The notes under the pieces are model-generated. The model searched no databases, was not told the origin of the DNA, and was given only the letters and a program-made list of their open reading frames with translations. A DNA stretch of 60,000 nucleotides from Felis catus (taxonomy: Eukaryota). Each line of letters starts with the position of its first letter. Positions within the stretch are counted from its first letter, which is position 1. The position numbers were made by a program, and so were the translations under genes. This document shows positions 11,346 through 23,592 of this stretch, piece by piece. The stretch is from positions 119,848,001 through 119,908,000 of the forward strand of contig NC_058368.1 of NCBI RefSeq assembly GCF_018350175.1, given 5' to 3'.

Positions 11346-12469
11346 GTGACAATTTTCTCAAAAATGAAATGCTGGGCTTCCAGTAAGAAGTGTTTGAGAT
11401 TCAAAGCATCATGTAAAATCAGGACTTGATGCTTTGAAGATGACCATGAATTATGTCTCATGCATTCTAGTAGATGTGCTGGGACATAGGAGAAATTATG
11501 AAATAATTTCAGCTTCTGAAGACATTAAAATCTAGCATTTTGGGGGGAAGGTGAGGCTAAGATTGGATAGCAAGGTTAATATTTGACATGATAGAAAAAT
11601 TGTCAGATGAAATAGCATCTTCTGCTAAATGCTGTGGTGCAGATGAAATGGAAGGCCGAAAGCAAAATAATTCCAATTTTTCCATACATCCAAATTCTTT
11701 CACTGGCATGAGATTCCACACCATAACTTCCAGATTTTTCATTTCTTTGCTACCAGAAGTGAGTTTGGCCATGTGTGGTAAAAAGGAAAGCAAGGAGGTA
11801 TTGGATGATAACTCCTTTCACTCTTCTTTCTTTCAGTGGCCTGCAGCCAGCCTTGTGGTCTCTATGCTCTCCCAAGAAACAAAATAGCACCTTGTTTTGT
11901 TTTTTGTTGTTGTTTGTTTGTTTGTTTTCCTGATAAAGTTCAACTCAGCTAAGGTGAATGATATGCCTGTAGCCCTCATTACCACAATCTTCTGTGCTGC
12001 TTTCCACTGGGGACAGGTTTATTTTTACTCTACTGTCTTAGCTTCTACCCAAGAATAAAACAAAAAAAAAAAAAACACGTAAAGCCTCCTTCTCAGGGGT
12101 TTTCACTTTGGGACTGCTGTCCTCTCCTGGTCTGCATGGATTTCTATTTCATTCCCCAGCAATAATGCATCTATCATAATGCCTTTTAGGTCCGTTGTGT
12201 AGCAAACTTCATTCCATTGCAGCTTTGTTCCTGATGACAGCATTGGCTTCATCGACATGGGCTAGCTATGATCTTCTCAGGAAGGGCTTTCATTCAGAAT
12301 TTCTTCTACTTCCTGTGATCTCATTTCTTCTGTTTATGGTATTCTTTGCCTAGCTCTTTAGGGGGAGAGAGATCCTAGAGAACAGTGCCAAATCTCTTGG
12401 TTAGGATCCTGAAATGGTTGGAATAGCACACGATCTCTGGCAAGTATCTTACCTTCTTGATACCTACAC

Positions 12470-12900
12470 CAGCCTGCTCACAGTCTCTTCCAAAGTATAA
12501 TTCCTTTTTTCTTTTCATTACAATAGAATTTCAGCTGATTCACTGGAGTCTACAGTTGCATATGCATTTCTCTGCAGAAAAGTGTGGAAATGCAACCTAA
12601 TTCTCACCCATGAAATGTAAGCACATGTAACAAAAAGCTACTTACTTAAAAGCAAAATGCTTGACCTGGACTCCATGTCTTTCTCTCTTCCACTGATCGG
12701 GGACGTGGATGTGACAGTGCCATGCTGGTCTGCAGAAGAGGCAACGTCCCAGGTGATGGTGGAACCACCGGATGGGTAGAACCTAGGTACCAGAAAGGCT
12801 TATGCAGTAGAACTACCCCCACTGTGGTGTGAGAGGAAGAAGGTTCTTACTTCCTCAGTTGTATTTGCTAATCTTCTTGTTACCAAGAACTTTGCCTTAG
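12470..12900 (+). mobile_element. Old MaLR LTR (MLT1I/J-like)
   Basis: ttctcacccatgaaatgtaagca, gatggtggaaccaccggatgggtagaacctaggt, tcttgttac. Confidence 0.5.
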
Positions 12901-14129
12901 TGTTCCCATCTGAAAACAGAGAAGTGGAACCCCAAGATGTGCTTTCTAGGGCCCATACTGGAGGATTGCCACATCAAGGCTTTTTCTCTACTAAACCTTC
13001 TTCATTCTGACTCATTTCTACTTTTTTTTTTTTACTCCTCTTGTTATAAATTCTTTGGGACATCTGGATCCCAGTACTCTTCTTTTCATTATGATTTAGC
13101 TTCTTGCTGATACATATTTCCAAGAGCAATCATTTTATAGCATCTGTAGAAAGTGGACTAGAGCACTATAGAAAATGCAGGGTTTTTTTTTTTTTTATCA
13201 AAAAGAGGTATACTGGATACATGTGTAATGATATGGGCAAAATGTTATAATCTTGGTCTAGCGATTCCTTTATAGAAAGAGATGGGCTTTACTGAGAAAA
13301 TGTTTTGATGAGACATCCACAGGGGAGAAATGAGCCACTGGGTCCCACGCTCGAGATCGGCACCCAGGTGTGATTCAGAAGAATGATGCTTCCCTGTACA
13401 ATAAAGCAGTGAGAGTCAGAAGGAGAGGGTTGTGATTTACACAAGGAGAGAACAGGATGGGATGAGTTAAGGAGCCTGATTTACAAGAGTAGCCAGGGAT
13501 TCTTGGGAGAGGAATCATGTATTAGTTGATATCTTTGCAAATAGAATGATGGTGGAGTAGGATATGGATCCTTCCTGCGAGGCCAACTTTTTCAGTTAGA
13601 AATGTCCTGCAATATTCTTCCTCTGTTTGGTTTTCTGGTAGAAGCCTGTAAGGATGGGGAGATGATGAAGTTCATAAACTAGGAAGCACCATCTCGCTGG
13701 CTGTTGTCACTAACAAAATAAAGCTGAGATGTACGGTGTGGCCACCATACTGAGCTCTTTGCACCATCTGTAAACAAGCAGCCTTTCTGTTAACCATTTA
13801 AGTTCCCAGAATAAATCCAGCAGAATATCCTTTATTGGAGACCTGGGTGCATATACCTGCCCAAGCACATTTGGGATGATATCAGATGAAGTGGTGACGT
13901 TTGGGCAGCGGTTTCTGTCCTTTATGCAGCTCATTTCCTCCCCCCTCCTGCTCCTGTAGGCCTGTAATTGTAGCTCTGGGTGTTGGCCCTCCTTCAAGAG
14001 CCTTTCTCTGTTCGTGAGAAACATCCACTATTGAACTCCTCTCCTTTTTACTTTCCCCTGGGGTTCCTCGATCATCTTAACTCTAACATCCTCAAATTAA
14101 GTGTTTCTGGCGATCTTGGGGATAACAGA

Positions 14130-14400
14130 CAAGTGTCAAGTGGCTGGGTGTCAGACTGTAAGAAATGGTCAAGACTGTGGCAATCTTTTGAATTTATGTC
14201 CTGGCTAAAGGGGACAGCTGATACTAAACACTGGCTGATTGTTACCAGGCAAGTATTTGGCTACTGTAGCCAGATACTCTGATTTTCAACAGAATAGGGA
14301 AATTAGGAACTTTATGTGATCCTTATTAATTTTATTGCATTGCATAAATTTTAAAAAATGTATCTCTGGGACCAGAGTTAGTCCATATCATCGATTTATG
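14130..14400 (+). mobile_element. MER102-like hAT-Charlie element
   Basis: gactgtggcaa...ctaaaggggacagctg...ggctgattgttacca...gccagatactctgattttcaa...ctttatgtga. Confidence 0.55.
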
Positions 14401-14485
14401 CCCTTGGTTTAACCCTTTCTTCTCTAAACCTTATCTAACCTGCTGCACACATTTCAGATTCTACAGATTGAAGAAGGGAGGGCAG

Positions 14486-14687
14486 TGTCCAACTTTGGCT
14501 CCAACTTTGGCTCAGGTCATGATCTTGTGGTTCATGAATTCGAGTCCCATGTCAGGCTGTGTGCTGACAGCTCAGAGCCTGGAGCTGCTTCACATTCTGT
14601 GTCTCCCTCTCTCTCTGCCCCTCCACCGCTCATGCTCTGTCTCTCTCAAAAATAAATTATAAAACATTAAAAAATTTTTGAAAAAAG
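14486..14687 (+). mobile_element. 5'-truncated Can-SINE
   Basis: Starts at gtgtccaactttggct (head absent); body, CT tract and aaataaa tail present. Confidence 0.92.
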
Positions 14688-14904
14688 TGTCATCTAGGGT
14701 TCACTAAGTCCCCAGATTCAGGAATGAGGAGGGACATGATAAAGAGAACACTATTAACAAGGCTCTCCATCCCTCCCTGGCAAATCTCTTTCCACAATGC
14801 CAGGATTTTGTACAGTTAACTGAGTTACTGTCTTTCCCATCTCTCTCTCTTTTTAAATAGACTTCATTTTTATTACTTCATTCCATTGCTATTAGGGTGT
14901 GAGG

Positions 14905-14929
14905 GTGTGTGTGTGTGTGTGTGTGTGTG
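14905..14929. repeat. (GT)n microsatellite
   Basis: Direct reading. Confidence 0.95.
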
Positions 14930-15042
14930 CTCTCACCTACATACATATCACATAGAATCTGTTGGGGGAGCATTAATCTTAAAGAAATTAAGAAGAACTT
15001 AAACACTCGTCATCTATCCAGATTTCCATGCATGGTTTGAGG

Positions 15043-15105
15043 GTTTGTTTGTTTGTTTGTTTGTTTTTAGAGAGAGAGAGACAGCTCTGGGGAGAGTGGC
15101 AGAGG

Positions 15106-15165
<60 letters not shown>

Positions 15166-15305
15166 AAGAGAGAGAGAGAATTTTAAGCAGGCTTCACTTT
15201 CAGTGCAGAGCCAGACGCCGGGCTCAATCCCTTGATTCTGGGATCATGACCTTGAACTGAAATCATGAGTTGACTGCTCAACTGACTGAGCCACCCAGGC
15301 TCCCC
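15043..15305 (-). mobile_element. Can-SINE with expanded (GA)n and (GTTT)n tail
   Basis: Ends actgagccacccaggctcccc; (GA)n at about 15106-15178. Confidence 0.93.
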
Positions 15306-16256
15306 TAGTTTAAGATTTTAAGGATGTTTTTATGAATTTTAAAAGATGTGGCCTTTCCCCCTTCTTTATTCTCCTTCTTCTTCCCCAAAGGAAGGGACAC
15401 TACTTGCCATGAGGCTGGAGAGAGAAAGTATGTTTAGAGCTTTAAGAAAAATCCGTAGTGAAAAGCAGTAGAGGAACTTACACCTAAGGAATTCTAGACA
15501 CAGGGTGAAATCAGATGGATACATATATGGATAAATCAATATATATTCAAATAAAAATGTACCAAATCTAGTTCCTTGCTTTGTCCGGTTATTAATAATT
15601 GAGTTATAGGATTTAAATCAATCTTTTTAAAAAATTTTTTCAGTACCACATCTGAGCCATTATAAGCTCTTACTCTCCTGAAAGCTAGTAGCTAGCTTGT
15701 AACAGAATGGTTTTCATTTCTGTAATAAAGTTAGAGAAATAATTAGTTTCAGATGTGTGCAGATATGCTAAAGCTGATCTGTACTTTATTTTTTTAACCA
15801 CTTTGGAATCCAATGTTATCGACTGTGTCAGTTCTGTGTTTTTGTTATTTTAATGTGTGATTTAAATAAATATTTTATGTGCATTAAAATCATTTTACAT
15901 GTGTCATCGCTGGCAGATTAACTTCATTAAGTTTAGCTCTGGTCAAGGCAGCAGAAGACTTGTGTTTTTAAGTTAGGTAAACAACTAATGTAGCAGACAT
16001 AGATTGAGCTGGACCAATGTGTTATTTGGCCTGTTCTCTCCACTTCAGGGCATATGGACACATGGTTGCTTTGTCAGACGACTTTTTACATGTATTGATC
16101 TTCAACTAACACTCATCACAGGAGAAAATGCAAGCATCCATGAAATAGGATTTTGCTATGTTAATTGAAGGCTTTCTCTTAGGTACCTGGCTTCAGAGTG
16201 AATATTCGTTTACTAGACAGGGTGAGTAATACATACTTTGGGTATTGCCAGAGGAA

Positions 16257-16313
16257 CTTCCTGCCCTCAGCATGCTTTCCTGCCCTCAGCATGCTTCCTG
16301 CCCTCAGCATGCT
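16257..16313. repeat. 3 x 18-19 nt tandem repeat cttcctgccctcagcatg
   Basis: Units at 16257, 16275 (extra t) and 16294. Confidence 0.95.
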
Positions 16314-16539
16314 CAAAAGTAGATTCAGTCTGTCACAAAATCTTCCAGGCAGTTACGTGCCTTTTACCACCATCTGCACTTTCTTTCTCTCCTTCCGTTA
16401 GCTTTCCCACTTTTATGACTCCTCAGGTGTTTCCACTGATGACAAGGAAGTCATAGGAAAGAAGCTCTTTTGTTATTTAGGCCCTGTTTACTTACACCTT
16501 GGGTTGAATTTTGGATGGGAATTAGGGGATTAGTAAATA

Positions 16540-16785
16540 AAGAGATCTTTCATGTCCTGGAAGAAGAGGGACTTACCTGAGATGGGAATAGAATTATGCT
16601 AAGATAAATCTAGGTGTTCTGTAGGTAAGCTTTGTGACCATAAGGGCCGTGAGAAACCCGAATGCATTACTGAGGGAGGCTTTGGAAGATTCTTTGGGAG
16701 GATATCTGTAAGGACATCATCCTGATAGATTATGGACAAGGGGTTCATCAGGGGGATTTGTGGGCATCCTAGAATTCTAAATAGA
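16540..16785 (+). mobile_element. CR1/L3-like ancient LINE 3' fragment
   Basis: ctttgtgaccataagggccgtgagaaacccgaatgcattactgagggaggctttggaa resembles CR1 ORF2 end. Confidence 0.4.
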
Positions 16786-17149
16786 GTTATTTTATTTTCA
16801 AAGATAAAACTTGACAGTTTTTCAAGTAGATTTCTTTGTACAGGTGTGATAGGAAATGTGGGGCTATCCACTCTTTCTTTTAAAGTTCCGCAAAGAGAGC
16901 CCCTACACAATGCACCAAATAACCCATGCTTAGTGCCTGATTTTGAAAATTTTAGCTCACATGAATCAGTGGTTGTAGCTTCAAATCCTCATCACTCCTT
17001 TCAGAAATATGCCAAGGAAGTTATATTCGAATCAACCAAAATGCAGATAAAAGAATAAACCAGTCATCTAAGGGTTTGCAACACTGATAAGCACTAGATC
17101 ATAGAAGCTGTCTATATATTTCATTTTTCTCATTTTCCTCCCATATAAA

Positions 17150-17531
17150 TGTTGTGCTCCAGCAGTGTGCCAGTTTCATGCACACATCCCTTTGCAAGTG
17201 TGGTTTCTTCTGCCTAGAGTGCCATCATCGTAATAAAGAATTCACCTTTAGAAGCCTGCTCAGGCATCAGCAGCTCTGGGAAACCTTCTTGGATCCCGTG
17301 GCCCTCTCCTCCGACATCATCCTTGGGCTCCTCTGAGTGAGCTCACTCTGTTTAGGTGCTCAGTGAACATGCATGGGTGGATATTGAATAGATGTATAGC
17401 CTTTCTCCCATATTAGACTATGAGCTCCAAGGAAACAAAATGTTTTGTTCACGTTCACGTGTCGAGAGCTAGCACCATGCCCAACATAGGGTGGATGCCT
17501 GATAGCCAAGGGGCGAATGGAAGAATGAATG
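17150..17531 (+). mobile_element. L2 3' end
   Basis: ttagactatgagctccaagg...ctagcaccatgcccaacatag...gaatgaatg. Confidence 0.7.
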
Positions 17532-18028
17532 TTTATTCTTAAGGAGACAAAGTCTTTATTCAAAGTGTGTCTGTATCCACTGCAAGACCCTTGATGTTCG
17601 TGTGTTTCACTTGAGAATTTGCTCATGTACTTTGGAAGTGCACGGAGTTGTTCCGGTAGAGTCTACGTGGATCCAGAAAATACTGGGACAGCGAGGTCAC
17701 CGCTGGATTCCACATTGCTTTGCTCAACTCATGTGTATCTTGCACCCTCTTGCATACATGATTTTCCTTCCGTTACAAGACCTCAGAATTCTCGGGGAGG
17801 GAGCATCAGGTTGTTTTTCTGACTGTACTCTGCTAAGATAGTTTTGGCGCTTTGCCCTCACACTTCCTTACTGTTACCTCTGCAGAGAAGCAGCCATCTT
17901 CACGTTCACTTTCCACAGATAAATGGGGTTGTTTCACCTTCCCTGGTGTCATACAGAGAAGTTTGAAAAAAACGGAAGAAAGTACAGTTGAAGAGAACCT
18001 GGGGACTCTCTTAAATGACAGATGAGGA

Positions 18029-18250
18029 GGGGCGCCTGGGTGGCGCAGTCGGTTAAGCGTCCGACTTCAGCCAGGTCACGATCTCGCGGTCCGTGAGTTT
18101 GAGCCCCGCGTCAGGCTCTGGGCTGATGGCTCAGAGCCTGGAGCCTGTTTCCGATTCTGTGTCTCCCTCTCTCTCTGCCCCTCCCCCGTTCATGCTCTGT
18201 CTCTCTCTGTCCCAAAAATAAATAAACGTTGAAAAAAAATTAAAAAAAAA
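18029..18250 (+). mobile_element. Very young felid SINE (SINEC_Fc1-like)
   Basis: CpG-rich full-length body; perfect TSD aaatgacagatgagga at 18013-18028 and 18249-18264; TT/AAA endonuclease-type site. Confidence 0.98.
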
Positions 18251-18368
18251 ATGACAGATGAGGAGTTAGAAAGTTGCCCGCCTTGGCTGTAAACTGCACT
18301 TGCTGGGCGACTTGAGGAACTGAAGGGCTATCTTCATCCCATGTTGCTGAGGTTTCTCTGCAGTCAGA

Positions 18369-18380
18369 GCCGCCATCTTG
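18369..18380 (-). promoter_or_regulatory. YY1 consensus site (CAAGATGGCGGC), occupancy unknown
   Basis: Plus strand gccgccatcttg, exact 12-nt match to the extended YY1 consensus. Confidence 0.45.
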
Positions 18381-20487
18381 ACCTTTATTCCCACATCCTG
18401 TCAAGTTATTCACTCCCCAGCTCAGCTTCTTTTTTTTGAAATATTCACATCTCACTTTTTTTCGTGGGATGGATTCCTTGTTTTGTCCCTAGCATTTTCT
18501 CATGCCACTGAACTGCATCATGTGTTAATAAGCTTTTTACTGTGCTAAATTGCTTTGTTTCTGTAGCTGATTTGAAGGCAAAAAAAGGCCCTAGAGGGTG
18601 AAAGGGGAAAAAAAAAAGAAAAGAAACGATCTAAAGTAATTAGAATGATTACAGCAGCTGAAAACATTGTTTTCCTAAAATGGCAATATTTTCTCAGGAG
18701 AGTTTTTTTGTTTTCTTTTTTTTTTTTCTTGTTACAATAGCCCATGAGGTTCCAGAATCAGTGTTGGCAAAGGGAATGGTTACTGGTAGTTTTTCATTAC
18801 GGAGTCAAATGAGAGTCATACATCAGAAATTTTCATATGCATTATTGTGACCACCCTAGGGTTATCTTGCTCATCCTCTATTTGGTGCCACTTATATCAT
18901 CTGCCTTTAAGACCATGTGAGCCTGAGGCTTAGTAGCAATCTGGATGGGCTTGAAACACTGGGTTAAAAACCAATACTACATAAAATATATAAAAATCTA
19001 TTCATTAAAAATGATGAGCTGTAGACATATCTTTGATCAGAAAAACCAAGATAGTAAATGTGGCAGCTATGAATCGACAGTTATGAAACAATGATTTCCC
19101 CTAATTAAATATTTAGTCCTTCTGCAGTGGAAAAGTAGCGATTTTTCCCCCCAAAGAAAAACTAGAAGGAGAAGCCAATAAAATGGGAGAGGGCTTAAGA
19201 TAGAGAGTTGATATGATTTACACCCCTCTCATATTCTCCTCCATGCTGATCAAATAGCACGGTGGTTCATTTCTGAATGTATTCAAATCTGTGAAGAATG
19301 GGTCCCCATGATTTCTTTGTAGTGGACATACAAGTTTTATGCACTTTTCTTCACCCTTGCAGGTGTGAAAAGCTGGTAAGGAGACCAAGGGAAGGCGTCA
19401 GTACTGGAGAAAGGAAGAGGATAGGAAAGAAGATAGGCCAGTCCGTGCTTGAAATCCTTTCTCTGTTGTCTCTATTTAACTTCTGTTGGAAACAGCAGCA
19501 CCAGCTACATTACTTCTGAATATGGTGATACCTCATAATGAAGTTTTTCAACATAAATATATTTTACAAGTGACTTTAAAATAAAATTCCACTCGGAATA
19601 TAAATCTTTCGATGTATAGTGCCCATTTTGCTATCATCTTAAGACAAATCCATTGAACATAATTTAACTTTTTCTGATGACTCAGGATAAGTTTTACAAA
19701 CATCCTTTAGGCATTGCTTATATTTGTAGCACTACTTATTTAGTGTAGAGACTAAATGTTACTAAGCTAATGGACTTTGAGGGTAATTGTGGTCAACTTT
19801 TAGGGTTATATTTCTGTCTTCCAGCTTTTTCTTTTTAATGATGGTCAGACTACTCTTTAAAGTTTCAGGATAAGTAAATAGGTAGTCAGATGTGTAAAAT
19901 AAGATAAAGTAAGATTCAACATAATTGTAAGATGAACCTTTCATTGAATACATGTTCCATATTGTGGTGTCTGTTTTGGCTCTTTAGAGGCTCATTCCCT
20001 TTGGACTCATTTCTGGAAGCCTGACACTTAGATAAATGCATTATAGTTTTTGTATGACTAATGGGGTGATGTCTGCAGCTAGGAATAAATAGTCAGCAAA
20101 CTCATGAATCATGATTCCCTTCATATTTTATTGTGAAGTAATAATATTTGAGCTTAAAATTATTTGCCTTGATTATAGCTGTCCCTAAAGGGAAATGTTG
20201 ATTGAGGATATAACCTTTCATTAAAATATAAGGCAAAATATAAGGTACAGAGATTCAGAAAAATATTTTCATTTACTCAGATACTGAGGACTTCAGTGAA
20301 GACCATATATTGCATAAAATCAACAAATCTTGATAACAAAAATGTAATCGGGAACATGACCTATAGATTCGTTATTTATTTTTCCATATTTAGTTTTAAA
20401 TAGTTGTGGGTAATATTCTTGGAGTCAAGTCATAGGGATTTTTTCCCCTCACATCCATTTCTACTTCTTCCGGGTATTCTTCTGGGT

Positions 20488-20656
20488 ATTTCTTTTCTTT
20501 TCTTTTTTCTTTTCCTTTTCTCTTCTCTTCTCTTCTCTTCTCTTCTCTTCTCTTCTCTTCTCTTCCCTTCCCTTCCCTTCCCTTCCCTTCTCTTCTCTCC
20601 TTTTCTTTTCTTTTCTTTTCTTTTCTTTTCTTTTCTTTTCTTTTCTTTTCTTTTCT
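20488..20656. repeat. Compound pentanucleotide polypyrimidine microsatellite (TTTTC/TCTTC/CCTTC), SINE tail derived
   Basis: About 170 nt of only C and T abutting the SINE 3' end. Confidence 0.95.
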
Positions 20657-20854
20657 TAAGTTTGTTTATTTTTGAGAGAGACAGAGACAGCACGTGGCAG
20701 TGGGGACAGAGAGAAAGGAGAAGAGAGAGAATCCCAAACAGTCTCCATCAGTGCAGAGCCCAATGTGGGGCTTGAACTCATGAAACTGTGAGATCACGAC
20801 CTGAGCCGAAACCAAGAGTTGGACGCTTAACCTGACTGAGCCGCCCGTGTGCCC
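20657..20854 (-). mobile_element. Can-SINE
   Basis: tttatttttgagagagac...ggggcttgaactc...gacgcttaacctgactgagcc. Confidence 0.93.
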
Positions 20855-22239
20855 TGGATCTCCCTTTTCTGGTTTGAGATGTTACATCACTTTCACTGAC
20901 AATAGGCGGAATGGGCGAAATAGCATCATCCTTTTTCCATCTTAAATCTCTGTATTTGCTCTAGACATCTGCCTTATGTCACTCCATCAGTATAGAATGA
21001 TTTTCTCTGCTTCCCATTCTCATAATGGAAATTATGGCCACCATATGTCACCAAGTTCGTGTATTATCCATTTGTTCAGAAGAGACAGAATCAACTCTTG
21101 ACCCCAATTCCAAATTTGCACAAGTACAGTGTCTGCCTCTGGAACATTCACCTGTTTCATGAATAGTGCTCAGTGCTGCACAGAAATGTTGCCAACTCTC
21201 AAATCGTGTAAGAGTGTTTTATTTTACAAAGGAGGAAAGTTGCTTTTCAAAAGTTTCACATGCCATCTGTTCCTCATTAAAAATATTGGTGGTTGAGAGT
21301 GAGGCTGGGCTCTGTAGTAATCACTGTTGGGGATGTTAAAGATTGTTCTTACAATGTTTTCACATTGTCTAGCTGATACTGAGAGATAGTACTTTTAGAA
21401 ATGTATAAATAGAAGATGAGAAATGGGTATGTCTGCTGGATTGGCAGAAAGACTCAGTTAAGAGCAAAGCTTATTAATCTCTTCACTTAGTCTTTTCTAC
21501 AGACCTGAACACCTGTTGACTTTCCTTCTCAGCTGATTGTAAAAGGCCCTGTGTAGTGAATTGAGTGTGTGTCTAGGGTGGGTACCTCACATATCCTGAA
21601 TGGCAGCATCCCACCTGTATTGGTAACCAATTCCAGAGAATCCCAGATAATTCCATGCAGTTAGTGACAAGAGACATTTCTTAAGCATATATTTCTGGAA
21701 ATTTCTAGACATTGTAAAAAGACTAACAATTGGTGACATGAGATTGATACATTCTTAGGTCACTATTGGCAACTCTGTGGTAGCACTATGGTACTACAGT
21801 CACATGTGTTCTCTTTCATTTACACATCTGACTTTGAACTCTGTATTTGATATGATCGTGTAGTCCATTTTGAGTGCTCAGTACACATTTGCTAAATGAA
21901 TATGTGTGTTTGCAAAGGACAAGGGGACATATCCTCATTTTTTAATATCTCCTAGGTTTCTTAGCTTAATGTGGTACTTACAAGAGATGTTCATTTATTA
22001 AGTAGTGGATGAGAGAAGAAAGAAATGAAAAAAGATGCATTCTAAAATGGGTTTGAAACTTTATTTGGAAAAAAAAAACCCACCATTCTTCATAGAATTA
22101 GAACTTACGACAGGATTTCAGATTACATTCAAATGAATTAACGCACGTGAGAGTACTTGGTCAACTGTAAAGGGGGTATTCCTGTTATCTCAAATGACAA
22201 CCCCATGTTCATCAGACTAAGATAGTTTACATCTGTAAA

Positions 22240-22460
22240 GCCCTTTACCAACTGCAAGGCTCTTTCATACACAGCATCACTATCAGTTTTCTCAACAACC
22301 TCACGAGGGAGCTATTTTGTTATCTCCACTTTACAGATGAAGAAACAGATTCATTGAGAGAAGATAATTAATTGGTTTGAGATCACATACTTAGTAGTGA
22401 AGTCAAGGTTCAAGCTCTGTTTTTCTCAAGCTAGGTCGGAACTCCTTCCTGCACAATAGC
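22240..22460 (-). mobile_element. MIR
   Basis: caacaacctcacgagg...tatctccactttacagatgaagaaacaga...gatcacatacttagtag. Confidence 0.75.
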
Positions 22461-22834
22461 ACAAAGACTACAGGGTAATAACCTTCTGTTTTAGTGAGTA
22501 ATGGTGCTTCTTACTCATTTAAAGAATTAAGAAAAGGTTACTCCTTTGCTTTGTCTAAAAGGAAATCAAGGAACCCACAGGTTTTGGAGTTGTGCATGAG
22601 CCACAAGCTAGGCACAGAGGCTCCAGGCAGAGCAAAGGGATTAAAGAGCTCAGGAGTATGAGACTGTCTGTTACTCACATGAAGACTTTGTAGGTGTCAC
22701 TTCCTAAGTGGATCTTTGTCCTCAAAACATGACCCTTCCAAGAGCTTTGCCACCAGGTGGACATTTCAGTCCAGCTGTAAGGAATAGGTACTTTAGCAAC
22801 CGCTCTATAAATTAGGAGTTTATTCGTGACCCCT

Positions 22835-22930
22835 CCCATTTAGTTTAACCAATCAGCAATTCTGAAGTCAGAGAGGTTTAGTGACTTGCCTAAGGACACA
22901 ATGCTAGCAAGCAGCAAAGCTAGCATTTCT
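22835..22930 (-). mobile_element. MIR fragment
   Basis: ctgaagtcagagaggtttagtgacttgcctaaggacaca. Confidence 0.6.
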
Positions 22931-23409
22931 ATACACCTCCTTACTTTTCCTCACCTTTTTAAGCTCAAATTGCAAATATTATATAGAACACATCATCTAT
23001 TATTAACCAGAAAAAACTGAATTTTAAGAACAAGCTTTTAAAATAAATGAACTTCTTTTGTGTTCTCTTGTTTTCCTTTCATTACCAATTTTCACCCTTT
23101 TAATTAATTCACTCTGAGTATTATCTTGGATTTAATACATGTTCTTGAGATTTTTATCCTCAAATTTAGGCCTCTTTGACAGTTGGATACCATAGAAGAG
23201 CCACTGTTTACTGCAGAAGCAGACTTCTATTTTAATCCCAAAGCTCTAATTCATGAAGTCTCGGCTCTCTAGGCAAACATGTGAAGCTCTCTGTTTACAT
23301 TTTCAGCCTTTGTGATGTAAAGTAGAATGAATTTATTTCAGACTTTTATATGGGCTATTACACTGTCTCTTCTTCCTAGACATGCTATGAGGCAGCACCC
23401 TAAGGAAAA

Positions 23410-23549
23410 ATATCCATTCAACAAACAGTTGTTGAACACCTACCATGATTGGGGTACACTGGTCAAGACAGAGAGAACCCATCGATGAACTAAACAAAGA
23501 TCTCATTCTCGTGAAATTTTAATTCTGGTAGATAAAATACATTTTAAAA

Positions 23550-23592
<43 letters not shown>

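Noticed and set aside
16257..16313. CRISPR-like repeat array
   Set aside because: Units are head-to-tail with no spacers, only three copies, in mammalian DNA with no cas genes
16572..16910. Minus-strand 103-aa ORF with a nearby perfect donor (CAG|GTAAGT)
   Set aside because: Antisense to a probable CR1/L3 relic; the stop precedes the donor; no known protein similarity
18029..18110. tRNA genes
   Set aside because: A/B-box tRNA-like heads all continue into SINE bodies with CT tracts, A tails and TSDs
20404..20775. Phe/Ser/Leu-rich and Lys/Arg/Glu-rich ORFs
   Set aside because: Translations of the pentanucleotide microsatellite
22748..22765. CTCF site (gccaccaggtggac)
   Set aside because: Mismatch at the conserved C after GG; such partial matches are common
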